Shown in pieces: positions 14,063-26,189 of a stretch of DNA of 64,000 nucleotides. The position numbers and the translations under genes are program-made. The DNA lies in NCBI GenBank assembly GCA_030704615.1, contig CM060732.1:71424001-71488000 (forward strand), given 5' to 3'. The notes under the pieces were generated by a model, which saw nothing but the letters and a program-made list of their open reading frames with translations, was not told the DNA's origin and did no database searches. This stretch comes from Takakia lepidozioides (lineage: Eukaryota > Plantae > Bryophyta). Position 1 is the stretch's first letter, and each line of letters begins with the position of its first letter.

Positions 14063-17000
14063 CTATTCATTTGCAGGAACATTGTTGCCATGGAAAAAGA
14101 GTTGGTCAAGGAGTTGTAGGGGTCGCCGGCGGCCAGGGCCCTTTCCAACCCTTTCTGAGTCTACAGACAGACCTGTCACTCCTGGAGAGGTGGTCAATAG
14201 ATGAAGCAAATCCTGCATCGCAGCCTGCAAATTGAACATGTGGCAGATAGATTGAAACCTTGGTCAGACATTTGCCAGAAACTTAACCGAGTATACCAGA
14301 AGAAAACAGAAACCAAAACTTAACCAGCACATTAGGGCATAAGAATCAAGAGAGGGAAATAGGACGACTTACTTGAACACGAAACATGGCAAAGGAGCCT
14401 GCACCAATATTAGCACCTGGGCGTAATGGGTCGTCAATCCACAGGGCCACTGGTCGTGAAATGTTTTCATGCCAGAAAACACCCCCACTGTCCCCATTTC
14501 GACCCTGTGATCCACCGTCACAACCTGTGTTATAGAAAGGCAGCGAGGGGAGGAAGGAGAAGAAAAAAACTCAAAATCTCAAAGAAGAAACAAAGATATA
14601 ACAGCAGCAGGCCCAAAGAGTCCACAGTACATGTAACAGAAACACGACCAAGGAAAACTCAAGCATACCATAACGGTGGAATGCCTCATGTAGGTACCAG
14701 GCACCAGGCACTTCGTGAGGTCTCTGCCATGGAAGGACAGTCACTAAAGAATGTACTCATGAGACGTTTGCCGTAGCCTTGTGGCCATATACCCCATGCC
14801 CAGTTTGGGCAGGAAAAAAGAGGGAACAGACACTACATTTGAGAGGGGCTCACTCCAGTAGTGGGACTTGCCTTGGGACTTGCCTAGTGAGACAGCTGGT
14901 TCGGGTTTCCAGATTTCTCTAGAAAGCCCTTCACACAAGCATCAGTCTGCTGTGTGAGAGCTGACTAGCAATTTGACCCCAACAGGGCCAGGGCCAGGGC
15001 TTTAGGGCTTTCGTGGTTTTGAAAGTTGGTGAACAGAGGTGCAGGGACTATGTTATTGATGGTCCTGTAGAGGGTTGCTCTCTGATGAGAATACCCAGAT
15101 GCGATACCCCAGCATGCAAGCATCGGCTCGCCATAGCCAAACTTGCCATATCCTTTCGGCCATTGACCCTGTGGGAAACTAACCCTCCCAGAGCAATTTG
15201 AGGGGTTCACACCCACCAGAGAATGTACTCATAAGACGTTTGCTGTAGCCTTGTGACCAGTGACCCCACACTCAGTGTGAGTGGCACACAAAGAGACAGA
15301 AACTACCTTTGTCAGGGGTGGTAGTATGAACAGACAATTAATCCGAGTTCTCCAGATATCCTCTAGAAATGCTTTCACACAAGCATCAATCTGCTGTGTG
15401 TGGTTGCCCAATAACTAGGCCCCAAAAGGGCCTGGGCCAGGGGCCCTCAGGGTGCATGGGACATAGAGCAACAAGAAACCCACATCATTTCACCAAATGT
15501 TGCTCAAAGACGAAGAGAGCATTTGAAAGAGAAACAAAGATACTTTCTAGGTCCACGGAAAGCTCAAATAGCTTATGGACAAGGATACATGGAAGAAAGT
15601 GGCCCCCCCAACAAGCAGCAGGAAAACTGCATTTGAACTTCCAGCCATAAGGTAGATCAAGTAGATATGCCACCAGGCATCTCTGAGCCTCTTAATCATG
15701 TGTAAGAGAGAGTGAAATTTGTGTGCAGGAGAGAGGGTAAGATGTTCATTTGAAGTCGATTGCATACTCTTCTAGTCATAGACCCAGGTCCGGTTTGGAC
15801 GGAGTAGAACAGGACGAAGTGGGGAGGAGAAGAGATTGTACTCATAAGACGTTGTTTGCCGTAGCCTTGTGGCCATTGACCCCGCGCCCAGTTTGAGCGG
15901 GAAGGGGAGGAGAAGAGAGAGAGAGAGGGACACTCCACCAGGGAGTAACCTACTACCTCACTTCACCCATTTCACGCACACTTTTAAGTAAAAAGGTGGG
16001 TCATGCACCTTCCCACAACGGGGGCTTTCATTTTGGGAACATACCCCATGAAGGAAAAACCCGGTTGCCAGAATCAGTTGGCAGAGCTGAGTTTATACCG
16101 GCATCCACTGTAGCAGCTAGTTTGACTGAGGCATCTCGTTTATTTCAGTGCAGTGTCTACATGATGCTGAACACCTGTCACGCATCTCATAGCACAGCAA
16201 ATGGGTTGAAGTTGGTGATACTGGTGACTTGGGTGGACAACCTATATGAATCTTTGCAAACCTGAAATACGAAGCAACACTAAGATAGATTATCACACCT
16301 TTAAGACAAGACGCACGCGCGAGAAATCAATCTCTGTCCCAAAAATCTGCAGAAAGCCAATCAATAACATCCCCAAATTTGGAGATGGCACAGTCTGCAT
16401 GGACACTAGTAACTCCTCAACAATGCCTCCTGCCCTTCGAGGAAGAGGCTCACCACTGCCAGACTCCACCCGGACAGACGAATTCTCCACAATTGACAAC
16501 CCTCCTGCGCACAAATTGTTCTCTGCACATCAACATCTTTACTAGCAACTGAAGGTTAACATATTGATTAGGCCAAACACAGAAATCCGCGAGATGACAT
16601 TTTATGCATGGTTTACTGTAATCCAGTGGAGGTGGTTGTCTTCCTGCTTTCCTAAAGAATGGGGTATAGGACATGAACTACTAACTCACTACTTTGAAAA
16701 CACCTGTTAATCATCTTTCTTTGACATGCAAAGACCACACACTATTTGGACTATGCAAATCTATTGACTTGCTTGTCCCACCACATTGTAGCTAGCTCCC
16801 CTAGGACTCGGGGATAATATCCTAGGGGAATTCGGAGTTGCAGCGGGCGGGAGGTCTGTTATTTCGGCCGAATTTTGTGTTACAAGGTATGCTTTTACAT
16901 CTCAGAGTCACTGTGTCTCTTCATGATCTGGTGGCTGCCCAAGGTCTCCAAGAGAAGTTCAAATCAGAAAATTGACAATAGATCTATCCTACAAAACACC

Positions 17001-20000
17001 CACCGTGTATAGAAGACTCAGAGGAGGTAGTGGAAGCTGAGGTACTGGTTGACACTGAGGCTGTGTCGGTTGAGGCTGAAGAATACGATGAAGCCTCGTC
17101 AAAAGAGTCGAGTGAGTCGCTGCCTGATGGCATAGCAGATGATTGGCTTGAGTTGGTAGAGGAGGCTGGAGCGGGGACTGCTGCCACCTCCTGGGTCGTA
17201 CCGCAAGTAATCGGTACACGCTGTTGAGGAAAAAGAGCAAATCAAAACATGGAAGAGGCATATGGCAACAGATGTGCCGGGCAGGGATTTTACCGCAAGT
17301 CTCTCTCTTGGCGCTGAGTCTTCTGTGGCCAAAATCATACCTTCTTATCAACCATGATCTAGACGAAACCTCTTTAGAACCATAGGCAGCAGTCAGAAAC
17401 CAAATCCAAGTGCAAAAGACGGAATAGGTGTTCTCTCAGTTGATTGGGTGCTTTTTATGATGCTAGCTTCATGTTGTGCTCTTCTCTGCATCTTACACAG
17501 CCGATTGCTTGCTGAGTGCAAGAGCTTCAAGTTGTAGAAAATGTTGTCAGATCCATTGAACAGGCCTTGGCCAGCATGGCCTCACAAGATGCCGCAATAT
17601 TGTCAGCCATCCAGCCCATTGGGAGGCCTAATCAAAATCTGAGTGCCTTCAACTGACTTGATAATTCTGAAGTTTCACCATAACTAATGCCTCAGGACAA
17701 ATGAAAGGAGGTCGAAACAGGCTACACGAAACTTACCTCCAAATAGAACACTAGCATCAGTGTTAAGGAAAATGAGCCCAGGCCTCCTGAGTACACATCA
17801 TTTAGCCCTCGGTGGTGTAAATATGACTTCAGTAGGAGTACCTGTCAAATCACGTCCAATTCTTGGTTAGGCGTATGGAACATACAAATTGCAGGGGAGG
17901 AGAGGTGACCCAGACAGGTGGGGGGAGAGTGAGAAAATGGAAAAAGGTTTACCAGGGGTGCCAAGGCGGGCAGTTGGCGGAGTTTCTCAATGACATACTC
18001 TCTTGCTGCTACACCATTATGTGATCTGGTAGCTGCTTCAAACTTGGCTTTCAACTGCTTGTTGCCACCAGAATCAGTTCCCTGTGAGGCCCGGACGCCT
18101 CCCGAACTGCCCATCTTTTTTCCTCCAATTGTGATATCAATTGCGACTGAAGGGGGTGGGGAAGAACATGGCCTCTCTTCACCTACGGTGGAGGGCCTAC
18201 AGCGAAGCTTGATAACAGGCATTGACGCTGTTTCAATGGTAAAGATGCTTTCACACCAATTGTACTCCTTGAGAGCTGCTCCCAATACCCGAATTAGAGG
18301 AGCTAAAGCTCGAGCTCCAGATGATTGAGCTGTTTCTTGGGTGTCCGGTGGTGGTGGTGAATCCACAACTACAACATCAACATCACTGTGTGGCAGGCAC
18401 AGACCAGTTGCAAACGAACCAAAGACCTGCCCATCCAAAAACAACACCTCTGAGATTACTAGGGATTCCTGATTGCTAGGTTAGTAGGATACACATACCT
18501 TCCAAAGGAAAGAGACTCCAAATGGCTCTATTGCAAAATCCCTGGATGATTTTGCAGTCAATACATAGTGGAGCAAGATCCTGTCCTCAAGCAAACAGAG
18601 GAGTACAGTGGTGGATTAAGCTTCTGGCCTGTGGGAGTATTGATGAAAAACAGAGCTTATTACACGAGTTTGAACAAACCAAGTGTGCAAGACAATTCAT
18701 TTTGAAGGTTAGAAACCGGCCCACCTCAACATCGGCCATTGGCCACAAACACTTCACACCGTCTCGCACACACTCCACTGCAGCTTCTGCACAAGTCCTT
18801 GCGCCTGCTGATGGCCTTGCTGTGTGCACATATTCCAATATCTCTGAATGTAGTGCTACCACATTGCTCAGTAAATGAGATGGCGGTAGAGGAAATGAAC
18901 TGTTCCCAGAAATGGGGGACATGATGGGCTGCATCATCAGCATTGGTGAAGGTATACCCCAGCCCACTTGTGCAATGGGGTTTTGCATTCCTAAGTCGCC
19001 ATCTGGAGTGCCTCGGTTAATTGGACGATACACCAGGCCAGGAGACACACCTTCAAGTGAACCTGCTCCTGAACGGAGGCGTATGTGTGAACGGTCACGG
19101 TAATGAGGGGTGGGCAGGGCAGGTGACAAAATTGGGTGGTGATGAGTTTGCTGTACCAAAGTTGGGGAAGGGGTTGGGATTTGAAGAGGCATCAAACCCT
19201 GCCCAAGCTGTCGCTGTTTTTGTGAATGCAAAACTGGACCAGTTTGTTCAGAAGGATGCAACTGCTGCTTGGGGAAATGAGGCCTCTCATCTGGATGTTT
19301 CTCGTGCTTTATGTGGTCATATTGCTGACCCCTGTGTGTCGCATGCCCAGATCGGTTGGGTTGAAATGGGGGCACATGTTGTACTTTTGAAGACAGGAAC
19401 ATGATGGAAGGTGAGGGTGGCCCAGAGAACTGCTCCACTGGCCATTGATTCAGCTGTCCCTCAGACACTGGAGACTGAATGTATGGTAACTTTTCCACGA
19501 CCATTGGTAAGGGAATCTGCAGCTGTGGCGACATAGGCTTGACCACACCCTCCATATTCTCCCTGAGAAGATCAGGCCGAGGAGACGTCTGGCAAGCAGG
19601 AAAAACACCATTCATTGAGGTACTACTACTTACTGCAGGGTCAGCATCATGCAGGCGGCCAAGCACTGCAGCATCACTCCTTTGCCAAGCAGCATCCCTC
19701 TTAACAGCCTCTGTTGTCTGGCTTGTGGCCACTTCTGCATCCATATCTTCATGCCTTGCCTTATGCCAGATATGACCAACGTCTCCATTCTGACCTTCAG
19801 TGAGTCCATGGCTGGGTCCTTCCTTTGGAACCCTCTTCAAAAAACCATCCAAATCACCAAAAGTAACATTCCTGGCCAATTGGGGGCTCTCAACTGCTCT
19901 TCTGACAGGTCTATTTCCAGCTAACCTGGCCGCCAAAGTGGACTTGCTGCTGCTCCACGCTCTCCCCCTATCTCCTCTCTTTAGTTCTCCTTCCCGAAAA

Positions 20001-22371
20001 TTTACATTTTCATCTTTAAGCTCTTGGCTCCCATCCTCAGCTAGGTTGGCAGATAACCTCAGCCCTTCTACAACCTGGAGACTTTCTTTCCTCCTCCCAG
20101 ACTCCGAATTTCGTTGTTCAGAACCTACCCTAATCTGTCCTTGACGATCTGCCTTTGCAGGAAGTACATGATTAGCACCACTGACACTTGCAGCAGGGCT
20201 TGAAGACGCCCTATTGCTCCCTCCACTCCCACTGGTGCTGGCATTGTTCCCACCATCAATCACCACAGTAGGATTCTGGCTGTTCCCGTTGCTCGTCTCT
20301 GCACTTGCCCCAGACATTCCAGCTTTCAAAGCTGCACTGTAGGACACAAACCCTGGACGGACTGACACTCCTGAACCCAATGGAGGATCTCCTTCCTTGC
20401 TACTTCTCACTCCATTCAGCACAATAGCTGAATCTTCAGTGTTACCCCTGAAATCCTCCCCACTCCCGTTCTCAAGGCATCCATTTGCAAAGCCCTTCAA
20501 GATTAACCCATCATGGTCTTCCTCCTCTTGGCTAGATGCTAAACCTCCCTCGTTTGACTCAGCATTTAACAACCCATTTTCTAGATGTCCCTTCCTTGTA
20601 TGCTCCTCATCCTGCGAGGCCCAACTAGAAGGAGCTGTGCCACCACTTGAAGAAACACTCCACGAATCCGAATCGGACCGCCATCTCTGGGCCATATCTG
20701 CCCTATTTTCCCTCCCGCGTCCAATGGCATCCCCATTCACCAAGGTGTTGTAACTCGACAAGGGAAGGCCTCCATTGCTGCTGGAGCTATTCATCTGGGA
20801 CCCTGACCGCCTCCGCATTGCCAGTGAGTTCGGAGAAGTAGATCTCTTGGAAGGAGGGGGACGAGAAACGCGAGTCACTTTAGTCTTACTTTTTACTCTT
20901 TCCCATTCCCCTTCTGAGTCATCCTGCACTTCATCCACTTGCTGATTGCTGGAAGCTCCAAATAGCTTCAACAGGCTCTCTGCCTGCAAAACCCCCAATC
21001 AATTCTAACACAGAGCAGCTATGATAAAACACAGGGAGACAGACAGGAGGTGTGAGAGGTGTAGAGACCCCAAGATACATTCATTGCAATGTGCATAATC
21101 CATGAACAATAGCCTCCACAAACACCTCTTGATGTCATCTCTCCTGCAGGAAAGTCATTGGTTTTCTAGGCTGAGTGCTTACCTCAGTCTCCGAGAGCTC
21201 TAGTCGGAATTTTGGCCCATCATAGTGATAGAGTAATGGGCGGAACTTCTCTTGCTCAAGTGGTGGCCTCTCTTCCCTCCAACGCACTCTCACCTGCACA
21301 GGGAGGATTAGTTGGAAAAGAAATCAAATTGTGTAACTGTAAATCATAGCCACTGCTGGATTGCAAATGAGACTTAGATCTTGTGGAATTAGTTTGTGTG
21401 AAGTCCATTCTTCATTGAATGTCTTTACAATCCTCTAGGTGCATTCGAGGTTTATAGGCTTCACCTAATAATCTGATATCACGGACCCCCGAACCAGTTG
21501 AGTGCTATCATCGGAACATATTTTCACATGAGGCATGATAGTAAGTTCTGACGACGAGACACAGCTTGGTTATGTCTACCTGTGCAGGAAATCGGGACGC
21601 TTGCTTCCCATTTTTGCATGTTTCTTTACTCTCCCATGCATCTGGCTCAAGATTTAACCCACCATCACTTGATGCCTGCCAAATAGCAATGTAAACACAA
21701 ACTGAAATTGTTGTTCATTACTCAACGACAGCCCTTTGACAGATTGCAATCTTTTTGTCAATGTGAGTCCATGGTCCCAGCCATAGTTCCCTCTTCCCCA
21801 AAACCAAGGGGAGACAATTGGCACGAGAAATACAGCCCTAAAGCCCTCTAGGGCCCTCTCTCGAGTCTTTAGAGCTTTCTTGATTGTTTCCTAGAAAATA
21901 TCAACTAATACAAACCTTTGGACAGTGGCCTCCTTTGACACCCAAAAAATCCTTAAGAACAAAGGTAATATGCACCTTCTAACAGGATAAATTCATCACT
22001 GCAGCAGGAAACTAAAATAGACTGTCTCTGAAACACATATTGCCCATGATGGAGGTTCTTGCTGCAGGCAAGCAGCCCAAACATAAAGACCGTAGCGTTG
22101 ACCAACGCCCAGTTTAGGCTGAACAAGAGGGAACTGACACTAACTTTCTAAGGGGCTAACTCCCATAGTGGGACTTGCCATAATATTATAAAAATTGTTC
22201 CGGCTTTCCAAATTTCCTCTAGAAAGCCCTTCACACAAGCATCATTCTGCAGTTTGAGACAGACATAAAGACGTAAAGAGATAGAGATAGAGAGAGAGAT
22301 GTACTCATAAGACTTTGTTTGCCATAGCCTTGTGGCCATAGACCCCGCGCAGAGTTTGGGTGGAACAAAAG

Positions 22372-22417
<46 letters not shown>

Positions 22418-24517
22418 CCTCAAAAACCCCGTGCAAGCAATGGGTGGTATAATTGTAAAGGAAGAGTGGGAGTCCTGGTCGTATGGCCCTCACAGAATCT
22501 TGATACCTTTGAGGCAACCCTGTATACATGGTGGATTGAAGATAGTAAGCATTAAACCCAATATATAGAAAAACCAATAGTACCACATTGTGGAGTAGAT
22601 TGTTCAATGCCAGGCAAGTAAAATCTAACTTTGACGTACATCACTTCCACATCCTTATGGCTATAGACCTAAGGTTTAAGGGGGGGGGGGCAACAGACTA
22701 AATCAGAATTGAAACCCAAAGGATTGACTGATTTTCAGATTGGCTATGCTATACCCTTGAGGGAATAGCCCCCAACGCTAAACTTTCTTGGACCTAGATG
22801 TGGGGTTTCAGCTCACCAGACCTATTGAGACTCAACCTGACCTTACCATAATGCTCTTGCACAGCTGATGACCGTGCAGTCACGTGGAAATTGAGTCTCA
22901 TTTGCTTCCTGAGCTGGAACCTCAAACTAGACAGTATGATGTTCATTCCAGACTTCCACCATAGTCCCCTAGCAGGCAGTAGCAACAAGGGGGAGGAGGA
23001 GGAGGAGGAGACAGGGAACAGATGGATGACAGCAAGAGAGGAGGAAGAGGAACAAGAACAAGAACATTCTTACAACCAACCGAACTAGCACACATTACAA
23101 AAAAGCCAGTAGCCTTTAGAAACAACAGAGTGCCTTTAAAAACATCACCAAAACTGATTTACCTCAAGATACTTCCCTCTTAATCCCACGTCTGAAACCA
23201 GGATGCCTTACAACCAGCGCCCTTTGCAGCATTTGATTACTAGGACAACTGCTGAGAAAGCTACAGCAACCAATGGAGAAAACCCTGGAAACTCTCTGTG
23301 TCAACTCACAAGCTTTAGAGCTCATATATTCTGGAGAGAGACAACCACCTTGACCTGAAAATTGGCATGATAATAACTTGCCGGTGTGTCAGTAGAGAGT
23401 ACAAACCCCGACATAAGGGACCAGTGCTTTTGAGCCAGGCCCAACTATTATGTTGCCAACTGGACTATCCGCTGGAAGTTGCTGAGAAATCAAAGGGCTA
23501 TTCTGGTGCTCCCCATCACAATTTCCCGAGTTGATTGTGTGAACAGCAAGAATCTGAAAAGCCCTTTAACTGACAATGTGTGCTTAAGCCCGAATTGTAT
23601 ATTTCTCCACAGAAGACAGGGTATTTGGTGACCAACCAGATGCTATCTGCCTTTGGTAGTTCATAAGTAAGCAGGATGTGAACCCTGAAGAAACAAAAGA
23701 GAACTCTGGAACATCCTGACGACCAAACTATTAGAGCTTGAAAGAAAAGTATGAAAAAGGGCACTGAAAAGGGGAAATTATTGTAAGGGAACTAGACCAC
23801 AACCGAGACAACAGGGAGACATATTCAGCGTTAGCGGCAAGACCAACTCTAGAAACGGAGAATTTCTATGACGAGCGAATATTGCTTAGTCTTGACAAAA
23901 ACAAAGAAGAAACCTAAAACCACAAGAACAAATAGAATATTCATGTTCATTGCGCCTAGTCTTCAGGAAATGTATGTACTCCAAGAGCAACATGCAAAGT
24001 TGCGGGCACCTGATTATATGATACTAGACAGTAATTCTTTAGGAATTAACATGCCGAATACCAATGTAGATTCAAAACTTGAAGGACTCGATGAAATACA
24101 TAGAAGACATGATAACCATGATAACCGTTTCCAGAAGTGCTACCATAGTCAAACCTTTGATCCGTATCCGAACATCCCCGCATTAGCGAGTCGCCCCTCC
24201 CTGCCCACCTAAAACCCCCGTGGTCCTGACACCGCGATTACATGAGCGATGAAATTGCAAGTCCTTCGCAAAGTAGCTCAATGTGGCAGGAAAGGTAACA
24301 AGAAAATAAACCTCGCAAAACTGCCTGAAGACCAATCCACTAGGGCAAGACAATTACCAAAGAGATGGCGGTCGAAGTCCTCATTCATGGTATCATTATT
24401 GCACACAAAGATGAAGCCACCGAGGGGCTCATTCAAACAAGGTCCTGCTTCAAAGCTGCTGCCTTTCTTCTCCTTCGAGTTCACCTCCAAATGAGGGTTT
24501 CGCTTCGTGGCCACCAT
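14063..24517 (-). CDS. DCD-domain / TRF4(TENT4)-like non-canonical poly(A) polymerase fusion protein, 11 exons, ~1340 aa
   Basis: Hand-built GT-AG model with consistent phases and no internal stop: 24358-24517, 22419-22519, 21580-21675, 21183-21293, 18725-20983, 17953-18426, 17737-17841, 17004-17220, 16299-16504, 14373-14504, 14063-14224 (4023 nt). DCD: GGFIFVCNNDTMNEDFDRHLFGLPQRYQDSVRAIRPGLPLFLYNY..LHGVFEASSDGG.N..P.AW..SRFPAQVR..YHYDGPKFRLEL. NTase: VFGSFATGLCLPHSDVDVVV and AIDIT. Central domain: LLLKSYLHHRGLNDVYSGGLGSFSL. PAP-associated domain: NLGMLLIGFLQIFG and LWIDDPLRPGANIGAGSF. The acceptor of exon 10 is the least certain junction. Confidence 0.92.
14750..15430 (-). mobile_element. 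Stacked 5'-truncated 3' ends of LINE family 1 (intron 9 of the DCD-NTase gene)
   Basis: At least two or three diverged copies of the terminus ...GGCCACAAGGCTACGGCAAAC..GTCTTATGAGTACA seen at 35160-35215, ending near 14751 and 15223. Confidence 0.85.
15530..15760 (-). mobile_element. 3' end of LINE family 2 (diverged)
   Basis: Contains TTGTCCATAAGCTATTTGAGCTTTCCGTGGAC, shared with the copies at 44430-44570 and 55410-55470. Confidence 0.65.
15836..15903 (-). mobile_element. 68-bp 5'-truncated LINE family 1 insertion with 15-bp TSD
   Basis: The insert is identical to the last 68 nt of the full-length LINE (35148-35215). It is flanked by the direct repeat GGGGAGGAGAAGAGA at 15821-15835 and 15904-15918 (TCTCTTCTCCTCCCC on the element strand). 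Confidence 0.95.
22085..22375 (-). mobile_element. Two LINE family 1 3' fragments in intron 2, one embedded in a (TC)n tract
   Basis: Similar to 35030-35215. The copy at ~22299-22375 is flanked on both sides by (TC)n/(AG)n sequence. Confidence 0.85.
22375..22412. repeat. (AG)n microsatellite
   Basis: About 19 uninterrupted AG units next to the exon 2 donor. Confidence 0.95.
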
Positions 24518-24929
24518 CTTCACTCCACATATACATACATCCGCTGCTGCTATCCTTGCTCTCTTCTTCCCCTCCTTCCCATCCAACAATTTCTCTGCTC
24601 CGATTCCTCCGATTCCCAAAATTCTTCACAACTAACTTGTTGAGAACAGAAGGCAGACGACTTCACACTACCCCGCAACAAACAACGGCGAAGAAACACC
24701 TCACCTCAGCACACAGCACAGCACAAGACAAGACAAGTAGGAGATGTAAGGACAGGATGGAGAACCGGATGGAGGCGCTGAAGCGAAGGCGAGGCTGCAC
24801 AGGACGATGCGGGATATCAAGTCCCGTATGCCCTAAATACCTTACCTCCAAACCCCGGCCCCCTGTTTCACCAGGTTCCACCTTGGCAGGCAAAGTGCGC
24901 CCCTGCCCCACCCACCCTCCGATCTCCGA

Positions 24930-24931
<2 letters not shown>

Positions 24932-24969
<38 letters not shown>
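24932..24969. repeat. (CT)n microsatellite upstream of the DCD-NTase start codon
   Basis: About 18 CT units in the 5'UTR/promoter region. GAGA-type element by inference only. Confidence 0.9.
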
Positions 24970-24971
<2 letters not shown>

Positions 24972-26189
24972 CATCCAAATATTCTTATATTCTTTTTGCG
25001 ACAGGCTGCTTCCGCCTCACTGACCTTCCGGCCTGGCCCTCAGGCTGCCCCGACAGCCCAACAGTCTACTTGAAAAAAAAGAAAAAAGAAAAAAGAAAAA
25101 GAAAAAAAGAAAAAAACAGCCTACATGTTTATAATTTATTTTTGGGTGAGAAAAAAGCCAAAACAAACAGCCAAAAACAAAGAAAAAGAAAAAAGCCAAC
25201 ACAAATTCCAAATTACCAACAATATTTTACTTTATTTGTTTCTTTTTTTGGGCTAAAAAATGGTTTGTTTTTTAATTTATTTTTTGAGGAAAAGGGGAGG
25301 AAGCCCTTTGTCTTAGCTTTATTCGGATTATTGAAGGGAAAATGGATTAAAAGGACCTGGAAAAACATCCAAAAAACCGCAACAACTTACCAAAAATCAG
25401 ATTTCATTTTTTTTTGGGATGGAAAATGTATTAAAAGGAAATAAAAAGCATTAGAAGGAAAATTAAACCAAAGAAAACAGGCCAAACTTACTAAAAATCA
25501 TAGTTACTTTCCGTTCTGTTTTTGGGGCTGGAAAATGCATTGAAAAAACTTGGAAAAATAACAAAAACAAAATCATACGTTTTTTCTCTTATCTCTGTTT
25601 TCTGTTTTGGGAATCAGGGGTGCCAGGAAAATGCATTTAAAGGACCTGGAGAAAATATCCAAGAAAAGAGAAAAGCCAACACAATCTACAACTTAACCAA
25701 AAATCATACTAAACTTAGTAGGGTGCTGGAAAAAGGAAAAAGGAAAAGAAAAAGAAAATGAGAGAAAAAAAGTAGGAGACTGGCTGACCTCCAATTCAGA
25801 GAAAGGTTATCCAAGGTCCTTTTTCCCTTCCCATTTTGTTCAAAGAAAAGTTGGGTTTTTCTTTTTACAACGCATCCCAAAAAGGGCCGGCCACTGCAGA
25901 GCTTTATTTCTTCCATATAGTAGAGCTAAAAGTAAAAACCATCCGGAAAGTCATGAAAGCTATGTGACACAGAAGGATGGTCAAGTCAAGCATGTGATCC
26001 AGACAAGAAAAAGTCCCTGTCTGGCTTCCACTGCCGGAAACGGAAAGTGTCTCGAAATTTTTCTCCCTTTTGGGGGTAGTGTGTTGGATATATATATATA
26101 TATAGGTATCGCCGACCGAAGTTAACCTAAACAAGAGCCTCATCCCCCTTTGTATGTTCAACGAAGGCTACATGCGTCCGTAAACTTAC

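Noticed and set aside
25070-25900. Lys-rich ORFs upstream of the DCD gene
   Set aside because: Artefacts of A-rich, degenerately repetitive intergenic DNA.
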